From the NCBI GenBank assembly GCA_000175855.1, contig ACYB01000031.1, forward strand, positions 120,001 to 152,000: a stretch of 32,000 nucleotides of DNA, written 5' to 3'. This DNA comes from Raphidiopsis brookii D9 (GTDB lineage Bacteria > Cyanobacteriota > Cyanobacteriia > Cyanobacteriales > Nostocaceae). The notes under the pieces were generated by a model. That model searched no databases. It saw only the letters and a program-made list of their open reading frames with translations, and was not told where the DNA came from. Positions 26,224-32,000 of this stretch are shown in pieces (within the stretch, counting starts at the first letter, position 1; each line of letters opens with the position of its first letter). The translations under genes and the position numbers were made by a program.

Positions 26224-26718
26224 ATGCTACCTATAACAAGCAGTGAACTCATAGGACACAATATACGCTTATTATATTTATTAGGTGGGAGTATGCCAAA
26301 ACGTGTTGTAATAGAACCTCATTTAACTACTGGAGACTTAGAAATCCGTTATCAACAATCACAGAATAGCATTGAACGCAGTCATTATCAAATCATCTGG
26401 TTGTTAGCAATGGGGAAAACAACTCTAGAAGTGTCCACTGCTACGGGATATGGTGTTTCCTGGATTTATGAGTTAGTTCGTAGTTATAATCGTTACGGTC
26501 CAGAGATTCTGGGGGACCTGCGCAGAAACAACCGGGGGACAAAGCCATTATTGAACCATGAGCAACTTCAGTATTTGCAGCAAGTTTTACAGTCCGAACC
26601 CGAAGATGGGGGTCCGTGGAATGGTGCTAAAGTGTCTCAATGGATGAGTAAAATATTAAATAGAAATGTTTATCCTCAAAGAGGATGGGAATATTTGAAG
26701 AAACTTCAAAATGGATAA
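26224..26718 (+). pseudogene. IS630-family transposase remnant (N-terminal HTH part only)
   Basis: From ATG 26293: MPKRVVIEPHLT…ERSHYQIIWLLAMGKTTLEVSTATGYGVSWIYELV…NGAKVSQWMSKILNRNVYPQRGWEYLKKL, the typical DNA-binding half of cyanobacterial IS630 transposases. No DDE half follows in any frame in 26719-27016. It is unrelated in DNA sequence to the IS at 8578-9741. Confidence 0.65.
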
Positions 26719-27016
26719 TTCTTCTAGTTTTCCCTAGTTTTACCCAGAGCGGAAAACAAAATTCCCAAAAAAATTGACATTTTGCACAGTCCAGTCCAAA
26801 ATAGTCTATGTTTACCTTTGCCCAAAATGTTGATTTTTGGGTAGAGGTATAGATAGGGATCTAAATGCAGCAATCATGTTATCGCGTCTGGCTAAGGCGT
26901 GCAAGTCTACTGAGGGATAACCGCTCCCATGCTCCTGTTGAAGTAGAAAGTAAAGTCTAGTTTTGTCTAGGTTTTATATAGCAGACTACAGACTCAGCTT
27001 ATATGTGATTGTTTGA

Positions 27017-29338
27017 GTGGAAAACCTCTACTGGCTAGAAAAAATCAATCCAGAAGACTGTCCCTTGGTTGGAGATAAAGCGTTTTACCTGAGCAGAATT
27101 TTCCAAAAGGGCTATCCGGTTGTTCCTGGGTTCGTACCTTCCGCAGGTCTGTGGCGCGAATTCGTGGTAAATCTCACCAGCTCCGAATCCTTAGTTGCGG
27201 ATTTACCCAACTCCTCCCTACATTTGGATGTCAATAATTGGCGGCAACTTCAACAAGTAGCTAGTCGTTTGCGACAAGAAGTGATTAGTGCTAGTCTACC
27301 TAGTTCTTGGGTTAGCCAAGTTTATCAAGCTAGTAAATATCTAACAGATAATTGTTTAATCTTACGTCCTAGTTTGAGCATATCATCGGCTAATTATCAT
27401 CTTGCAGGCAATATTTCTGGTTTGTTTAAACCAGTGTTTTGTGCTGTTAACGAACAATCTATCATGAATGGATTGAAGCAAACTTGGGGACAAATATTTG
27501 GGGCACGAAGCATTCTGTATTGGCAAAGTGTAGGTGTTAATTTACATCATATTAATTTGGCAGTATTAGTACAACCCGTGGAAAATGCGATCGCATCGGG
27601 GTCAATAAAATTTCATACTTCTGCATTAGAAATAGAAGCTACTTACGGATTAGGAGTAGCTATTACCAGGGGGGAGGTTTTGCCAGACGTTTATTACATT
27701 AACCATAACACGGGTGGGATTGAAGAAAAGCATTTGGGAAATAAGATTGTGGCATATTGTGTAGATGGATCTAAAGCAGTTACCAATGACAAGTGTTTAT
27801 TTTCCTATACAGTAAGCCAAGAACAGCAGAAGCTGTATGCACTACCAGATGAATTTCTAGAAGAAATTATTACTTTAGGGAATCAATTAGTTAGGGAACT
27901 AGGTAGAAAATTAACTATTAAATGGACTATTACTGCCAATCCCCCAAAACTGTACATTACTCAAGTTAATGTTCCTAGATCCCTAACTCCCCATCTGTTG
28001 CTGAAAGGGATTGGTGCAGCTAAAGGAAAAATAAATGCCAGTGCTTACGTAATAGGTAACATCCAGCCCAAACCACGGCAAATTCCTAAAGATGTCATTT
28101 TAGTCGCCCCAATAATTACAACTGAATGGTTTCCTATTTTACATAATGTTAGGGGTATTATTACTGAAAAAGGTGGGTTAACCAGTCATGGGGCAATTTT
28201 GTCTAGGGAATTGGGGATTCCTGCTATAGTCAGTGCTAGGAATGCGACCAATATAATTCAAACTGGGGAGAGAATATTACTAGATGGTGATCGGGGGGAG
28301 GTGTATTATAGTTCTAGTTCAGAAGATAGTTTGAAAGATGGTGAAAAAATCGCCCAGGGTGACCAGGAAGATTTTGATTTTTCCCATGAGAAAAGTTATG
28401 GTCGCGATGGGTTTAGTAACCATCGACTATTACCGATGATTGGCACTAAATTGCTGGTGAATCTTAGTCAGTCAAATTTGATTGAAAAAGTACGAAATTT
28501 GCCAGTGGATGGGGTGGGACTATTACGCTCTGAACTAATGTTACTAAATATTCTACATGGAGAAAATCCCTACAATTGGATTGCCAATGGTAGAGAAACA
28601 GAATTATTAGACAGGTTATCAAAGCAAATTCAGGAGTTTGTCCAAGCTTTTACACCGCGACCGATTTTTTATCGTTCTTTAGATTGGTATCATCAAGATT
28701 TATCTTCCTATCATGGTAGGGAAAATTCACCTGCTTCTATTTTAGGGGAACATGGGACTGCTAGTTATTTAAAAAATCCTGGAGTCTTTGAGCTAGAATT
28801 AAAAGCCCTAGCTAGGTTACAAAAAGATGGCTACAGTAATATTTATTTAATGCTTCCTTTTGTAAGAACAGTAGAAGAGTTTATATTTTGCCAACGCAAG
28901 GTTGTGGAGTTTGGATTAACTGAAAATCCCCAGTTTCAATTGTGGATCATGGCAGAAGTTCCTAGCGTTTTATTTTTATTACCGGAATATATTAAGTCTG
29001 GTGTGCGTGGTATTTCCATTGGTACTAATGATTTAACCCAATTAATTTTAGGTGTGGACCGGGAAACAGGAGACCTATCCCCCTTGCTTAATCAACGTCA
29101 TCCTGCTATTATGGGGGCTATTTCCCAGTTAATTAAAATGGCTCAAGCTGGTGGTATTTCCTGTTCTATTTGTGGTCAAGCTCCTGTTTTATATCCAGAA
29201 ATTATTGATCAGCTAATACAATGGGGTATAGATTCTATTTCTGTAGAACCGGAAGCAGTAGAAAGAACTTATCACACAATTGCTAGTGCTGAACAAAGAC
29301 TGATTCTTGCAGCAGCTAGAAAGCAACTAAGAGGTTAA
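27017..29338 (+). CDS. PEP-utilising enzyme (phosphoenolpyruvate synthase / pyruvate,water dikinase-like)
   Basis: N-terminal ATP-grasp (PPDK_N-like, LVGDKAFYLSRI…GYPVVPGFV), a swivelling phosphohistidine domain (GGLTSHGAILSRELGIPAIV) and a C-terminal PEP-binding TIM barrel (GISIGTNDLTQL…CSICGQAP). GTG start. Confidence 0.85.
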   Translation: MENLYWLEKINPEDCPLVGDKAFYLSRIFQKGYPVVPGFVPSAGLWREFVVNLTSSESLVADLPNSSLHLDVNNWRQLQQVASRLRQEVISASLPSSWVSQVYQASKYLTDNCLILRPSLSISSANYHLAGNISGLFKPVFCAVNEQSIMNGLKQTWGQIFGARSILYWQSVGVNLHHINLAVLVQPVENAIASGSIKFHTSALEIEATYGLGVAITRGEVLPDVYYINHNTGGIEEKHLGNKIVAYCVDGSKAVTNDKCLFSYTVSQEQQKLYALPDEFLEEIITLGNQLVRELGRKLTIKWTITANPPKLYITQVNVPRSLTPHLLLKGIGAAKGKINASAYVIGNIQPKPRQIPKDVILVAPIITTEWFPILHNVRGIITEKGGLTSHGAILSRELGIPAIVSARNATNIIQTGERILLDGDRGEVYYSSSSEDSLKDGEKIAQGDQEDFDFSHEKSYGRDGFSNHRLLPMIGTKLLVNLSQSNLIEKVRNLPVDGVGLLRSELMLLNILHGENPYNWIANGRETELLDRLSKQIQEFVQAFTPRPIFYRSLDWYHQDLSSYHGRENSPASILGEHGTASYLKNPGVFELELKALARLQKDGYSNIYLMLPFVRTVEEFIFCQRKVVEFGLTENPQFQLWIMAEVPSVLFLLPEYIKSGVRGISIGTNDLTQLILGVDRETGDLSPLLNQRHPAIMGAISQLIKMAQAGGISCSICGQAPVLYPEIIDQLIQWGIDSISVEPEAVERTYHTIASAEQRLILAAARKQLRG

Positions 29339-29501
29339 GTACATAGTCAGATGAACAATTAATTGAGTTACGCTTTTGCGCTTTGTCCTATTTTACGGGT
29401 GATTGTCAGGAGGATATTTCCAAATACATCTAGAGATGGCTATAATAGTTTTCCATGCCAAATAATTTCCAAAATGTCCAAGTATCTAAGTAATTATTAT
29501 T

Positions 29502-30524
29502 ATGCAATTTATAGACCAAGCAATTATTGAGGTTGAAGCAGGTAAAGGTGGTGATGGTATTGTGGCTTTCCGCAGGGAAAAATATGTCCCAGCAGGTGGT
29601 CCTTCCGGTGGAAACGGAGGTAAGGGTGGTTCGGTAATTTTTGTGGCAGATCCTAATCTCCAAACTCTATTAGACTTTAAGTACAAACACTTATTTAAAG
29701 CGGAAAATGGCAGTCGTGGCGGTCCCAGTAATTGTACGGGTGCTGGTGGCGAAGATTTAATTGTGGAAGTTCCCTGTGGTACTACTATTTATGATGGAAC
29801 AACGGATGGTTTATTATGTGATTTAGTGGAACCACAACAACGGTTTCGCGCAGCAGAAGGGGGTAAGGGTGGACTGGGAAATCAGCACTTTCTCAGCAAC
29901 CGCAACCGCGCCCCAGAATACTCACTCCCCGGTCTGGAAGGGGAAAAAAAGGTTTTGCGCTTGGAGTTAAAACTGTTAGCAGAAGTCGGTATTATTGGTT
30001 TACCCAATGCTGGTAAGTCAACCTTGATTTCTTCCCTGTCTGCTGCACGTCCCAAAATCGCTGATTATCCTTTTACCACCCTAATTCCTAATTTGGGTGT
30101 GGTGAAAAAACCCACGGGTGATGGTACGGTATTTGCTGATATTCCAGGTCTAATTGAGGGCGCATCCAATGGTGCAGGTTTGGGTCATGACTTCTTACGT
30201 CACATCGAACGCACCCGGATCTTATTACATCTTATAGATAGTACGAGTGAAGATGTTATTACTGACTATCACACTATTCAATCTGAATTAAAAGCTTACG
30301 GTAGAGGTTTGGCTAAACGACCACAGATCTTAGCTCTTAACAAGATTGATGCTGTGGATCAAGAAACTGCGGATTTAAATGGGTTAGCTACAAGGTTAAA
30401 CCACCTATCTCTAGCCCCAGTTTTTATTATTTCCGCTGTTACTCGCACGGGACTGGATGCCATGATGCAGGAAATATGGCGCGTACTGGATCAGATTAGT
30501 CCTATTGAAGCAAAAATATTGTAG
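29502..30524 (+). CDS. obg: GTPase Obg/CgtA
   Basis: [43 protein letters not shown] (Obg fold), then a G-domain [23 protein letters not shown]. Confidence 0.95.
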   Translation: MQFIDQAIIEVEAGKGGDGIVAFRREKYVPAGGPSGGNGGKGGSVIFVADPNLQTLLDFKYKHLFKAENGSRGGPSNCTGAGGEDLIVEVPCGTTIYDGTTDGLLCDLVEPQQRFRAAEGGKGGLGNQHFLSNRNRAPEYSLPGLEGEKKVLRLELKLLAEVGIIGLPNAGKSTLISSLSAARPKIADYPFTTLIPNLGVVKKPTGDGTVFADIPGLIEGASNGAGLGHDFLRHIERTRILLHLIDSTSEDVITDYHTIQSELKAYGRGLAKRPQILALNKIDAVDQETADLNGLATRLNHLSLAPVFIISAVTRTGLDAMMQEIWRVLDQISPIEAKIL

Positions 30525-30668
30525 CATGGTACTACCCAGCCTGAAAAAGCCCTAGACACTCCACAAAAGTACACCGGTCAACTTCTGGAGATATCTAGGA
30601 GCAACAACTTGCTATTACTTTTATGCTATTGGTAGTGTTAAGAGTGATTTTTATAGTTTCTCCTCTGA

Positions 30669-30947
30669 CTATCCTTTGGAATGTCCTTTTCTTGGTCTAT
30701 TCTCCTCTTTTGGTTTAGCTTTGTTCACTCTTAGTTGACGACCCATCCATTCTGCACCGTCCAATTCTGATATGGCGGCATCTTCTTGTGCATCCTCGAT
30801 CATTTCAACAAAAGCGAACCCGCGCATCTTTCCTGTTTCTCGGTCAGTAGGTAAAACAACTCTTTTCACCTCGCCATAATCGGCAAACACGGATTTTAAG
30901 TCTGCTTCAGTTGCGCGGTAAGAGAGATTTCCAATGTAGATAGTCAT
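30669..30947 (-). CDS. RRM-type RNA-binding protein (cyanobacterial Rbp family, short basic C-tail, no Gly-rich tail)
   Basis: RNP2 IYIGNL and RNP1 RGFAFVEM. 92 aa. Confidence 0.9.
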   Translation of the reverse strand: MTIYIGNLSYRATEADLKSVFADYGEVKRVVLPTDRETGKMRGFAFVEMIEDAQEDAAISELDGAEWMGRQLRVNKAKPKEENRPRKGHSKG

Positions 30948-31367
30948 TGTGAGTCACGTAATTTTCAACAAAAGGGGATGGTTAGTAAAAAAAATGCGAC
31001 CTGGCAATTTTTAAGTATTGCTGGTGATTACTTACTTCTGGTTTGTGACCAAGCAGAAAGCTGATTAGACGCTCTCATATTTGCCACATCACCAAACACA
31101 GCCATCCATTAATATATTGACATAAGCACTGACCTAGAAGATCAGGGATTCTTGACAATTGTCCACAACTTGCTACCCAAGTAGTATTGTTGCTTTCATG
31201 TCCGTTTAAAGTCTGCCGATGCCCCATGCCGACCACTCATTTATTTTACACTGGGTTACTCAAAATGGCAAGTATTTTGGAAAAAATAGCCCAAAAATAT
31301 GGTTTAACCACCTGGAATGAGGCGAGCTATAACGCTTACCTATCATGTCCATATTTCTGGATTTTCC

Positions 31368-31598
31368 TTAATCAATAGAAATTTGTTGAGGTTTGCTGCT
31401 GGCTCCATTTTGGTCATCAGTGGTACTTTTACAGGGGTGGCATGAGGAACTTTGTTTTTCCAGCCAGGTTTTTACCGGTTCTTCAGCCAGATTGATTCGT
31501 AATAGTCCAGAGACAAACCCACTGAGAAAGGAAACGGGATGCTCCCTTAGCTCTTGAAACAGAGGCGATAATTCACTGATAAACATTACACTCTCCAC
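31368..31598 (-). CDS. hypothetical small protein
   Basis: 76-aa ORF. An internal ATG (MFISELSPLFQELREHPVSFL…) may be the start. I recognise no family. Confidence 0.4.
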   Translation of the reverse strand: MESVMFISELSPLFQELREHPVSFLSGFVSGLLRINLAEEPVKTWLEKQSSSCHPCKSTTDDQNGASSKPQQISID

Positions 31599-31721
31599 CC
31601 ATAATGTAAAAACCTACTAAAAACCTATTATAGATTATAGCTGTAGTCACTCGCAAGGGGGCGATGGTCTAAATGTTAGGATGGATCCCATAAGTAGGTG
31701 GTGCAAGTGAGGAACAGGCTT

Positions 31722-32000
31722 ATGTTAACTAATTGGCGCAATTTTCTCAAAAATGCTGGGGAGTGGAGGGGCTCATTCACTCGCATCTCTGGTCAAGGAG
31801 AGATTTTGGATTCTACTTTGAGTATTTTAAACTTAGAGGCTACTAATAACAATGAAACTGTATTGTTTAGACTCCGGCGTTTTCAAGGTCGTGATTATGA
31901 TAGCCCTGTTATTCAAGACTATCAACAGGAATATACCTCCCTAGCTAAAGAGAATATATTTTTTGAAACAGGTGCTTTTTGTAAGGGAACTGTACAACTG
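31722..32000 (+). CDS. DUF3598-like protein, 3' end outside the window
   Basis: ATG at 31722 opens a frame with no stop to the window edge (93 codons): MLTNWRNFLKNAGEWRGSFTRISGQGEILDSTLSILNLE…. The W-x-x-F-x-x-N-x-GEW-x-GSFT start matches my memory of DUF3598. It is not in the ORF track because it has no stop. Confidence 0.6.
   Translation, partial: MLTNWRNFLKNAGEWRGSFTRISGQGEILDSTLSILNLEATNNNETVLFRLRRFQGRDYDSPVIQDYQQEYTSLAKENIFFETGAFCKGTVQL

Noticed and set aside
26880-26960. Segment GCGTCTGGCTAAGGCGTGCAAGTC…, which superficially resembles a tRNA D-arm
   Set aside because: I could not fold a cloverleaf: there is no acceptor stem and no GTTCRANNC T-loop. I found no tRNA, rRNA, tmRNA or RNase P signatures anywhere in the window.
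31187-31378. 63-aa ORF (+), with an internal ATG at 31265, between the rbp gene and the 76-aa ORF
   Set aside because: It has a TTG start and Cys/Pro-rich, odd composition. It overlaps the 3' end of the opposite-strand ORF and I recognise no family. It is probably non-coding, possibly part of the long rbp upstream or leader region.
1-32000. Search for CRISPR arrays, defence islands, toxin-antitoxin pairs, biosynthetic clusters and prophage genes
   Set aside because: There are no spaced direct repeats beyond the two short tandem duplications. No nuclease/methylase, Cas, phage structural, NRPS/PKS or typical TA gene signatures were seen. The gene content is core metabolism, cell division and replication, plus IS debris.

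Overview
This is a chromosomal, mostly housekeeping segment from a cyanobacterium, most likely a filamentous Nostocales-type organism. The evidence is 11 HIP1 octamers (GCGATCGC), psbO, an Anabaena-like FtsZ N-terminus, a canonical NtcA box, and the ftsQ-ftsZ / gshB-grxC / psbO neighbourhood. Genes I can support, in order: PDH E2 (5' partial), DUF2996, mraY, mutL, an Rrf2 regulator with cysK, a J-domain protein, DUF2267, and urtA truncated by an IS630-family element. These are followed by a TPR-like gene tail, an orphan Orc1/Cdc6-like AAA+ ATPase, hflX, grxC-gshB, ftsZ-ftsQ, a small conserved ORF, psbO, a PilP-like lipoprotein, and another small ORF. The rest are a Crp/Fnr regulator, a stand-alone DALR-domain protein, a Cof-type HAD hydrolase, polA, menH, an IS630 HTH-only remnant, a PEP-utilising (PpsA-like) enzyme, obg, an RRM RNA-binding protein, a small ORF and a DUF3598 gene (3' partial). 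I found no rRNA, tRNA, CRISPR array or recognisable defence or biosynthetic island, and I cannot point to a convincing novel multi-gene system. What stands out is gene decay in an otherwise core region. One IS insertion has non-collinear flanks, there is one IS remnant and one orphan gene tail, and four reading frames (three cellular genes plus the IS transposase) are each broken at or near a poly(A) tract of 6-8 nt. Real erosion, homopolymer sequencing error and slippage-based expression cannot be told apart from the sequence alone. The most function-unknown genes are the orphan AAA+ ATPase, the stand-alone DALR protein and the PilP-like lipoprotein.
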